Shown: positions 12,492 through 22,448 of the stretch, one piece after another
How positions within the stretch are numbered: the first letter of the stretch is position 1
How the letters are laid out: every line of letters begins with the position of its first letter
NCBI GenBank assembly: GCA_026026165.1
Contig: JAPEUD010000060.1
Span: 124,001 to 154,138, forward strand
DNA length: 30,138 nt
DNA from: Sarea resinae
Taxonomy: Eukaryota
Direction of reading: 5' to 3'
Notes under the pieces: model-generated
Database searches by the model: none
What the model was told of the DNA's origin: nothing
Seen by the model: the letters and a program-made list of their open reading frames with translations, nothing else
Position numbers and translations under genes: made by a program

Positions 12492-13247
12492 TTATTTCTC
12501 CGCCCCTCCACCACCAGACATAGCCACGAATGCAACGAGCAAGATAAGCCACCAGTACCTGCGTACAGGAAGTCGTCAGTATCTCATCTCAAAAGTGACA
12601 CGAAGAATGCAATGAAGACGAGCTATAGAGAAAGGAGAGAGGCTCAGGGGGTAAGCGTACTGTTGCAACAGGGATCTCTCAGGCACAGGCTCCGGGACCT
12701 TGCCCTCGGCATCCAAGACCACTGGTTTGTTGAGCCATGGCTGCGGACCCGGCATTGGCTTCACCAACTCAATCTTGATCCCGTCTCCATCATCTGCCTT
12801 TGGTGCTGCGTGCGCGGACGCGGCGCGATAGCCTACGTGCCATACAGCCCCGTCGCCATCAAGGTGCAGGCTCAGTATACCCCGCTGGCTCTTCGACGTC
12901 GAGAGGACGGACGAGGACGTGAGGATGCTATGCCATGTCTTTGGGTCGGGACTGCTATGAGATATCTTCGAGTCTGGGGAGGAGACGCCGAGACGGATGA
13001 GCTCTTCGTCGGCGGCACTGTCTGTAGAGTGTGTGGAACTGGAATCAGGTTTGGATGGCGGTGTCCAGGTGTCGAAAGAGGCCTCGAGGGTGGATCGGTC
13101 ATATGCTATTGTTGCTAGAACGTGGGGAGAGCTGGAGGGGGAGGAAAGCGCCTGGTAGTAGAGGGTTGTTCTGGAGGGGAGGGCTTGGGATGAGGCTGAA
13201 AGGATGAGCGCGGACGACAGGACAGCGAGACCATTGAGGAGCCGCAT
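12492..13247 (-). CDS. EMC10: ER membrane protein complex subunit 10-like type I membrane protein (217 aa)
   Basis: Exons 13247-12661 and 12558-12492; intron 12660-12559 (GTACGC..ACTGAC..CAG). Signal peptide MRLLNGLAVLSSALILSASSQA and C-terminal PWLNKPVVLDAEGKVPEPVPERSLLQQYWWLILLVAFVAMSGGGGAEK, matching the EMC10 'KYWW'+TM+Gly tail. Confidence 0.82.
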
Positions 13248-14592
13248 CTTGGGTGTGGATGAGAGATGTGAGGAGGAGTTGTGGCTGGCTGATTGCGGGG
13301 AGGGGCGCAGGGGATCTGTGGAGCTCAGATGGCCATGATGATGATGGTAAGGCATCTACTGTACGTGCCCTGAATGCGTGGGATGGATCAAGTAGCGTTT
13401 TAGGTCCCTATGCGCGACAGTGATGCTTTCTGCATCCATGTCACAATGGAGCTCCCCGAATCAGAGCAGTACGGAGTACTTTATACACCAATGAATCTTC
13501 AAGGCTGCCCTAAAACGTCCCTTCCTCACGGATACACTACCGTGGGCCCGGTACGGTACGAAGTAGCGGTACAGATACCTCTACATCCGATCTGAATCGC
13601 GTTCGCTTGGCTGTTTAGTGTCCCCTAACGGCCTAACCTGAGTAACCGCGACGGGGGGGTTCGGGGGCCCGGGATTTACTAGGGCTGGTAGTGGTGGTGG
13701 CGTGGGGAGAGCTGGCCGCTGGGAATGGCGGCCCTGTGGAATCAAGAGCCGGAGCCCCGGGGTCGAATAAAGGCCTCACCCATGTTTTGATCACCGGACC
13801 TGGCTCCTGTTTGCTGTTGCGATGGGATTTGCTGGCACGCTCTTGCCCGTACCAAATAGGGAGGGACTCGTCGGTGTGAGGCTGTGTATGGAGAGGCACA
13901 TACGGGCCGCGTCGTGGCGGTTGATAATATGGAGGGAAGTGAAAGCATCTGACCAACGTGTTCGCCGTGGACGGTGCTCTATGGGATAGGAGAAAGACCC
14001 TGATCAAATCGAATTGAATTGACAGCCTGTCATTTTCGATCTGTACTTGGTACGGGCCGTTTCAAAAATCTTCCCTCGGACCCTGGAGCTCCCATCCTAT
14101 ATCCGTGCACATCTCAATACTATGGAGTACTCGAGCATGGGCAGAGAATGGACGCCGAGACGGTAGTCGGAATCCTTCCATGCTCCACGTTTCATTCTCG
14201 GCCAACGGGGATGGCCGACGACAACACGAGTCTCTCGATCTCCTCTGACATTATTGATGTCGAGAATCATGCTAGAGTAATCTTGTTCGCCTTGCGGCCG
14301 AGCGCAGTAGTCTGGTCGAGCGAGCGCCCGGCCTTTCCCCTTGACGTCCTCAATTTCAAAATAAACAAAGGTCGTCTCGTGACAGGAAAAGGCGCGAAAG
14401 GGATGGGGTCCACGAATAATGTCCGTGTCCATGTCCGTGTCCGTGTCAGGACATTTCGGGGCGCGGCTGGGGGTGAAAGGGTCCCAGAATAGAGAAAAGT
14501 AATTATAATCCATGGAGGTATCGACATACGAGCTACTAAGTACTATTATATCTCAGGAGAAGTGGCCTGGCGTGGGGCCGAGATCTTCAACA

Positions 14593-14633
14593 CCAGGCAG
14601 GCAGGCCAGGCAGGCCAGGCAGGCCAGGCCAGG
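14593..14633. repeat. (GGCAGGCCA)-type tandem repeat
   Basis: ccaggcaggcaggccaggcaggccaggcaggccaggccagg read directly in the EMC10/ccg-9 intergenic region. Confidence 0.75.
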
Positions 14634-15766
14634 GAGCGAGCTATTATTGTCGCCGTTGTTGTCGAACTGCCCCTTGGGAGAGGAAACTGTGGCTTTCTCT
14701 GGCCTTCTGCGCCGTCTTGGCTGTCCGGACCATTGACCCCCATTCCTCCACTCATTCCACGGGAAGTTTAGTCCGTCGTAGTCGTCTCGCTTCGAAGATC
14801 CCCGACCCGTCGACCGACAGTCTACAGATGAGAGTCAGGAGCACATCTCTAGTACCGTCACTAGGAGTATCTGCTACTGCAGCCTACCTTCCTTGCCTAC
14901 TCCGGAGTCCTGCATCCCCGTGCGAACCATGAGGCTAAACATCCACGTTCAACACCGTTACCTTAGCCATCGCTGCTACGAGTACCTTACGAGTACGCTG
15001 TAGACATCTCGACTCGGCGTACGACAGGTGCGCAAGGTGCAAGTCTCTTCTACTTTTGGCGCTGTCAGGGCCGCAAGGGAGTCGACTCCCCCCCGGGCGG
15101 TCTCCGGCGGCTCCTTGCACTTGGACGGCCGAGAAGAGAAGGCATGACGCTGCTGCACCGTCCGGAACCTGGTTGCTGGTCTGACGTTCGGATTACTTCC
15201 ACTGCCAATGCTTACACCGCTCTCTACCTCCCCCCCGTACCCTCCCTCTGATCCCTTCACCGATCCAGATTACTATTACCTCGATGTGTACTTCGTACGG
15301 TACCCTCACTGCACTGTAGAACCCTTCACCAATCCAATAATTCATGCCAGACCAGACAGACACCTGTTGAGACGAGCTATCCATTGGATTTGTTTTTGTG
15401 CTCATCAGCATACTCTTCTCTTCAGGCCCCTTCTACCTTACACAAGCCCATCCCTTGCCCACCCCACTGGCCAACCCACCGAGAGCATCCCACGTCTGCC
15501 TCGTCTCCCCCGTCTGGGTCAGAAGGTGCCAACCACGCCATTTCATCTCGACTTGGGCTTACAATTCATCTCTGTCTCGACTTTCTTGACGTCTGTGCGC
15601 ATTGCTGTTGTGGCTGCCAACGACGACGGAATCGATTTAAAAGCTCCCTTCTTCCTGCCCCGAGGATACTGCTCGAGCATTCACTCATACCTTCAGCCAT
15701 TGAATCCCAAGCATTCTATACGTTACGTCAATTCGTTCGCCGCATCCAAAAAAATTACATCTCGGA

Positions 15767-18281
15767 ATGGTCGCGTCACAAGGAGAGCAACAGCCTACCG
15801 CGACTCGTCACCAGCGTTTCCGCTCCTCCTTCTCCACCTCCAACCGGAGGCGTATGAGCAAGGTCGAGCAGGAAGAAGGTGAACATGCAACCGACATTCG
15901 GGTATTTCTTTCCCTTTTCCAAAATAATGGCGTTGCTCTCTGCAATTGGCGGTCCGCTAACTAATCATTTGGGGTTGTTAGGTCATGTATGTGGGCATTG
16001 CCGCGGCTGTCAAGTCAGGCAAGAGCATCGAAGTCGGCATCTCGATCAACGACGATACCTACAGCATCGATTTCTCCTTGGCACGCCTTGACACCAAAGG
16101 CGTATCCACCCGCGCAGCTATTTCGAGCCTCGTCTCCAACTATGTGATTACAGAGCTTACCAAATTCCAAAATGAACACATGTGCAAGTTCCTGGGCGCC
16201 GGTGTCACCGAGCAGGTCGTGGAAGAGCTCAGCCCCGAGCTGTGCCCGAAGTTGTGGCAGAAGCTGGACATCGTCCCAATGGCCTTCGCTGTTGGAGCCG
16301 AATATACTCACAAAGCTTCTTTCATGAAGCCGCATTCCAACGACGTGGATGAACAAGCAGATTCCATGGCCCGGAAATGCGTCATGTAAGCTTTTTCAAA
16401 CGTCTATATAGACTCGGCAGCTAATGCAACCTCTTTAGGTTCTTCGGTCCGAACCAGCAACCGCGTGTTCAGGTCGGCTACAGAAACGAAGTCGAAGTGG
16501 ACGCCAGTGGTCATGCTCGTCTGACCCAATTGAGCGACTACAAAGCAACGGTTGGAGAGCGCACCTGGGATGCTACGATGAAATATGCCCAGGACCTCAA
16601 GGATCGGAACATGAAGATTGCCTTCTTCAACAGCACCCCTCAAGGTGGTGGGGTTGCTCTCATGCGCCACGCCTTGGTCAGATTCCTTCGTCTTATGGAC
16701 ATTGATGTCAAGTGGTAAGGTATCCGGGATCACGGTGGTTGGATGGCAGCTAACCGTTTCGCCAGGTACGTCCCGAAGCCGAGACCTCAGGTCTTCCGTA
16801 TCACCAAGACGAACCACAACATTCTCCAAGGCGTCGCCGACCCCGCGGCACGTATGAGCGAGTCCGAGGCCGACCAGCTCAGCGATTGGATTCAAACCAA
16901 CGCCGAGCGATACTGGCTTTCGGAGGGAGGACCTCTGGGCCCTCGATCGGAGGGCGGTGCGGATGTCATTATCATTGATGACCCACAGATGCCAGGCCTG
17001 GTTCCTCTTGCAAAGAAGGCCGATCCAGACCGCCCAGTGATTTTCCGCAGTCATATCCAGATCCGATCCGATTTGGTAGCTCAAAAGGGCAGCGCTGCCT
17101 CAGAGGTCTGGAACTATCTGTGGGATCGTGCACAGCAGGCCGATGTTTTCATCAGTCATCCTGTCCGCGAGTTTGTCCCGCACAACGTGGAAGATGCTAA
17201 GGTTGGTTACATGCCGGCCACCACAGACTGGTAAGTACTGGAGAGACCTCTGCATGAGTTCAGACATTTCTGACATATGCAGGCTTGATGGCTTGAACAA
17301 AGACATGTCATACTGGGATATGCGCTTTTATATTCACCAATTCAACCTCGAATGCGACGCTCGCAAAATGTGAGTCCTCTTTGGCTATGAAGATCTTAGT
17401 AGGACGTCATCTAACAAATTATTGCTACTAGGGTCAAGCTGGATGTGCCAAACCGTTAGTCGAGACTTCGATTTGGACTTTAGGCATATTCGCTAACGCT
17501 ATGTAGGGGACTACATCATCCAGGTTGCCCGCTTCGACCCTGCCAAGGGTATTCCCGATGTTATCAAGGCCTACGGACACTTGAGGAGACACTACTTCAA
17601 GGGTTTGCCTTCGCACCTTTGCCCGCAACTGGTCATGTAAGGACGGCCCAATTATTCCGATTTAGCTGATTAGGTGCTAATTGGGAAATTGCTATTAGTT
17701 GCGGACCTGGAGCAGTTGATGATCCAGATGGCACCATGATCTACGATCAAACCATGGAGCAGCTCGAGACCGAGTACCCAGATATCATTGGCGATGTCGT
17801 TGTCATGCGTCTTGGGCCGTCCGACCAAGAGCTCGATGCTCTCATGTCGGCTTCTAAGGTCGCCCTGCAGCTCTCCACTCGCGAGGGCTTCGAAGTCAAG
17901 GTGTCGGAAGCTATCCACAAGGGCAAGCCCATCATCGCTACCAAGCGCGGAGGCATTCCTCTGCAGGTGGAACACGGCAAGAGCGGCTTCTTGGTTGAGT
18001 CGGGTGATTACGAGCAAGTGGCTAAGTACATGCATGATCTCTTGACGGACGATGAGCTCTACCAGACCATGAGCGCTTATGCCAAGACGGCATGCAGCGA
18101 CGAAGTCAGCACAGTTGGCAATGCTGTTTCCTGGCTATACTTGGCCTCTGTGATGTCTCAAGGGAAGAAGATCGACCCCAACGGCCGCTGGATCAACGAC
18201 ATGGCTCGTGAATACGCGCATGAGCCGTATGCCGATGACGAGAAGAGATTGCCCAGGGCAAAGGCGTTGAACCTCGATTAG
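15767..18281 (+). CDS. ccg-9: GT4-family trehalose synthase / trehalose phosphorylase, clock-controlled gene 9-like (700 aa)
   Basis: Eight exons: 15767-15901, 15982-16385, 16439-16714, 16766-17230, 17283-17369, 17432-17454, 17507-17636, 17699-18281. All introns are GT-AG and give one open frame. Motifs FFNSTPQGGGVALMRHAL, FRITKTNHNILQG, IIDDPQ, RSHIQ, QVARFDPAKG, DDPDG and LQLSTREGFEVKVSEA. Confidence 0.93.
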
Positions 18282-18486
18282 ACAATGCCCCACAGCGTTG
18301 AAATCTCCGAGGGGACAAGATGATGAGTATTTTACGGGGAAAAGCGTGGTAGATATATCTCAGATGCGGGGTGGAAAAAGGATGTGGCACATACGCAAGT
18401 ATCCGTGGGGGTTTCCCGTCATTACTGTACTGTAGTAGATTAGATCTCTTTGTGCGTATTTGGTGATAGCATACATAACGAAGCAA

Positions 18487-18510
18487 CCTACCTACCTACC
18501 TACCTACCTA
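18487..18510. repeat. (CCTA)6 microsatellite
   Basis: Read directly, about 200 nt downstream of the ccg-9 stop. Confidence 0.9.
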
Positions 18511-19894
18511 AGCAATGATTCTCCATGATGTTCGGCGATCTTCCTCTCCCTCCTGTGCTGTGACGTAGGTGTGGGCATTCTCCGGGCGGAAAGGAAGAGG
18601 TCCGTTGGTCGCCAAATGATACGTGCATTGTCCAGCATGTAAGTGCGGAGTACTTGATACTTCGGTACTGTGGACGACGAGGTGACGGGAGTGATGGGGG
18701 AGGGTCCTGCGTTCTGGGATGTACGGAGTACGTGGTGCTACCGATGCTGTCGATGCGCTTCCCCAACGGACATTTCGGATGGGGCTGATCGACGGCGCCC
18801 CTCGTCCAGGTGCTAGGGTGACAGGCTACCGCCCATAGGTGGGACGATGGGATCATGGCGGGATGGTGGGATGGTGGCATGAAAGTCCTGGCCCCGTACT
18901 ACGTCGTACTCCGGAGTAGATGCTGGAGGACTTGGCGGCACGAAGATGGGAGAAGATGGGAGGAGGTACCTCCGTGCCGAGTCGAGTACGGAGTCAGCGT
19001 GGCTGCGGGCGACTCTGTGCAATGTCCGGCCGGTGGGGCAGAGGTTCCCCCGAGTACCTCGAGCGTGTCGAGTACCTCGAGCAGCACACGTTCGGTGAGC
19101 AAGGTACAAGCGAGGGACCGGGGGGGACTGGCGGTACGGGTGGGCCCCAGAGCAGCCTGTGCCCCTCGGCCCCTCTTCTTTTTTCCCACTCTTTCAGCGA
19201 CACCGTCATCGGATCGTGAGATGTCTGATGGCTCTGCACGCCCGGTCATGAGTAAGGTCACCTACGATGTAGGTAGGTGAGCCACGGCGATAGAAGCGGT
19301 CAGTCAATCTCGTCCGCGAGCACGGGCTAAGGGCAGCCATGGCCGTGTCAGCGTCTGCTAGAGTCCAGCCAGGTCGAGGAAGTAGATGGGCTTGTACTGG
19401 ATACATGGACATTGGATCCATCCATGCCGTACGGAAAGGGTAATGGCTAGCTGGGAACAGCTGCGGACGTCGAACATCGAAGCCTCTAGACCAGAGTGTC
19501 AGTGGCCGTTGTGGACCGTGCTGGCTGCAATGCTTTCATCAGCAGCATCGTGAGCTCCTGCCGTGACCCGTCGTGACGACCTTGTCACCCGTTACGTCGT
19601 TGTCATCGTCGTCGTCGTCGAGCCCTTGCCCTCCAATTCCAGTCGACTACTAGAGTGCGGGCGCCAGCACCGGTCCAACACCGACACTTGCATTCTTACC
19701 ACTGACATATACATCCCATCCATTGAACCCGAACCTTCATCTGCCATCTACTCTTTCTTTCTCCTTCACACCTCCCCTCACCTTTCCGAGACTCAATTGG
19801 CAATTCATCGATTGACCAATTCACTACTTCCGCCAACGGTGACGCCCAAAGAATCGTCCCTGACGTTGTTTTCGAGTCATCTCCCTTGTTCAAG

Positions 19895-21859
19895 ATGTCT
19901 TCCCTACCATATCGACAGCCTCACAGGCAACAATCGCGCAAGATGTCGACCGATCCTCACAACGAGATCAATCCGCATCTGAATCATTACATCGGCATTG
20001 ATGTCGGCACCGGCAGTGCTCGAGCGTGCATCATCGACGACAGAGGCGATATCGTCGGTCTGGCCTCGGAGAACATTGGCCTGTGGCAACCTGAAGTTGG
20101 CTACTATGTGAGCATACCTTTCCCCTCTCCAAACAGCGTGTGCGGGAACTGACACGAGAGTGCAGGAACAATCGACCAACGATATCTGGCGTTGCATCTG
20201 CGCTGCCGTGCAGCGTGCTCTGAACCAGCACAACATCGACCCCGAGACCATCCGTGGTATCGGCTTCGACGCCACTTGCTCTCTTACAGTCTTCGCCCAA
20301 GACACCGATGAGCCCATCTCCGTCACCCCGAAGAAGTATGACAACGACCACAATGTCATCTTGTGGCTCGATCACCGTCCCATCAAGGAGACCGAGAAGA
20401 TCAACGCTACGAAGCACAACCTCCTTCGCTACGTGGGAGGCACCATGTCGATTGAGATGGAGATCCCGAAGGTTGCTTGGTTGAAGAACAATATGCCCAA
20501 GGAGCTGTTCGATCGATGCAAGTTCTACGACTTGGCTGATGCGCTGACCCACATGGCTACCGGCAATGAGCACCGCAGCTTCTGCAGCACCGTCTGCAAG
20601 CAGGGCTTCGTGCCCGTTGGTGTTGACGGCAGTGTCAAGGGCTGGCAGGAGGATTTCCTCACCGAAATCGGCTTGGAGGATCTGACCAAAGACAACTTCA
20701 AGCGATTGGGAGGAGTCGATGGGGTGGTGAGCCTTCTCATGGAGTTTCTTTTCTTGTGGACTCTTGACTAATGGGATCGCAGAATGGCAAGTGGCTCAGT
20801 GCTGGTGAGCTCGTCGGAACGCTCAGCGAGAAGGCGGCTTCGGAACTTGGTCTGCCTGCGGGCATTGCCATTGGCAGCGGTGTCATTGACGCTTATGCCG
20901 GTTGGATCGGAACCGTCGGCGCCAAGGTCCATCTCGGTGACCACGAGCTGAACGCTGGGCTGCCCAAGAACGACAAATCTCAGGCACTTGGCCGTCTGGC
21001 AGCTGTTGCTGGAACTTCGACTTGCCATATCGCCATGTCTCCTGACCCAGTCTTCGTCAATGGTGTCTGGGGCCCCTACCGTGACGTGTTGATTCCCGGC
21101 TACTGGATGGCCGAGGGTGGTCAGAGTGCAACCGGCGAGCTGCTGAAGCACGTTCTGGAGACTCACCCGGCTTTCCAGCAAGCGCTTTCCATTGCGGAGA
21201 CCTACAACGCTAACATCTACGATTACCTCAACGAGCATCTCCGAGACATGCAGCTAAAGGCCAACGCTCCCAGCGTCTCTTGGCTGGGCCGCCACTTCTT
21301 CTTTTATGGCGATCTCTTCGGCAATCGCTCGCCACTCGCCGATCCGACCATGACTGGCTCGGTGATCGGTCTCACCAGTGATAAGAGCATTGATGCCCTC
21401 GCCATCTACTATTATGCAACCATGGAGTTCATCGCTCTCCAGACGCACCAGATCGTCGAGCAGATGAACAAGGCGGGCCATCACCTCACTTCCATCTTCA
21501 TGTCTGGCAGTCAATGCCAAAATGACATCTTGATGAACCTGATCGCCTCCGCTTGCGATATGCCCGTCTTGATTCCCCGCTACGTGCATGCCGCCGTGGC
21601 CCACGGTGCGGCTATGCTCGGCGCCAAGGCCGCAAGCGCGGACAAGCAGGGGAAGACGGAAGAACTATGGTCAATCATGGACCGCATGAGCAAGCCTGGC
21701 AAGGCCGTCAAGCCGACCACAAATGCAGATGAGAAGAGATTGTTGGCGGTCAAGTACAAGGTCTTCTTGGAGCAATGCCAATCCCAGCAAACCTACCGCA
21801 AGGAGGTCGAGGAGGTCATCAAATCCTGGGGCAAGACGCCCATTGCCAGCTCCGATTAG
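19895..21859 (+). CDS. FGGY-family pentulose kinase, D-ribulokinase YDR109C/FGGY-like (about 616 aa)
   Basis: Exons 19895-20107, 20166-20726, 20783-21859; introns 20108-20165 and 20727-20782 (GTGAGC..CAG). Motifs YIGIDVGTGSARA, GIGFDATCSL, VILWLDHR, IDAYAG, AGTSTCH, GVWGPY, EGGQSATG and GNRSPLAD. Alternative in-frame ATG at 19943. Confidence 0.92.
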
Positions 21860-22448
21860 ACCGGTGACGGCGCAAAAGATGTGGAATGACTTGCCTCGCA
21901 TGACTCGGGGATGCAACCTAGCGTGGATGACGATGAAGCTATGACTGAAGACTGCTTAAAGCGTGATTTTAAAAATTAGAAACCAGATAGATGGAAGCAA
22001 AAAATGTTATGTTATGAGCACCGTACACGCCTCCTTTTGAGTATCTAAGTGTTATCTAGAAGTAAGGCTTGCATCGTCATCAGCTTTCCTAAATGCATCC
22101 ATCTCTTGTTGTTGTACCGCAGTACAGTAGGTACAGGTAGACAGCCCCAGGTGCTCGGTGATATACTTTCTCCGACACCGATAAATCTACCTGCAATTCG
22201 GTTCCTTGGCCACCATCTGCTTGAGTACTTCTGGATGTGGTAGCTCTGTAGTGCGTCTCATGCGAGAGGAGACTTCAGAAGCAGGTAATTATCACAGAGC
22301 TCATCAACAAAAGCAGAAGAAAGCTCCACGTTGGCGGCAGCGTTTACCATCATTCTTCGCGTCTTGCTTGCGCACCACGCGCTCTCTCGATTACTCTTGT
22401 CATCTTACCCGCTTGCCCTCTTACCCTCTCTGGTGCCCTGTCATCGCC

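Noticed and set aside
13248..13355. 36-aa His-rich in-frame extension upstream of EMC10
   Set aside because: It would bury the clear signal peptide starting at 13247 (good AAG ATG context). The His run derives from a CAT repeat.
13356..15200. Possible hidden gene, ncRNA or transposon remnant in the long EMC10/ccg-9 intergenic region
   Set aside because: By eye I found no coherent exon chain, tRNA A/B boxes, snoRNA box pairing or terminal repeats. An Rfam/Infernal scan would be needed to exclude an ncRNA.
15208..15882. 224-aa ATG ORF overlapping the ccg-9 start out of frame
   Set aside because: Composition reflects pyrimidine-rich promoter/leader DNA, with no motif. It would matter only as an overlapping uORF if the TSS were upstream of 15208, which cannot be shown.
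18500..19560. Many overlapping 70-140 aa ORFs and an 18-bp duplication (CGAGTACCTCGAGC x2, about 19051-19083)
   Set aside because: GC-rich intergenic DNA with few stop codons. There are no domains, splice-consistent models, terminal inverted repeats or transposase similarity.
14342..19866. Scattered TGACGT half-CRE sites around ccg-9 and the FGGY gene
   Set aside because: The count is about what chance predicts for a 6-mer in this much intergenic DNA.
18279..21900. Stop-codon readthrough giving cryptic PTS1 signals on the two metabolic enzymes
   Set aside because: Stops are TAG-A rather than TGA-CTA, and the extensions end in GTR and DVE, not SKL-like tripeptides.
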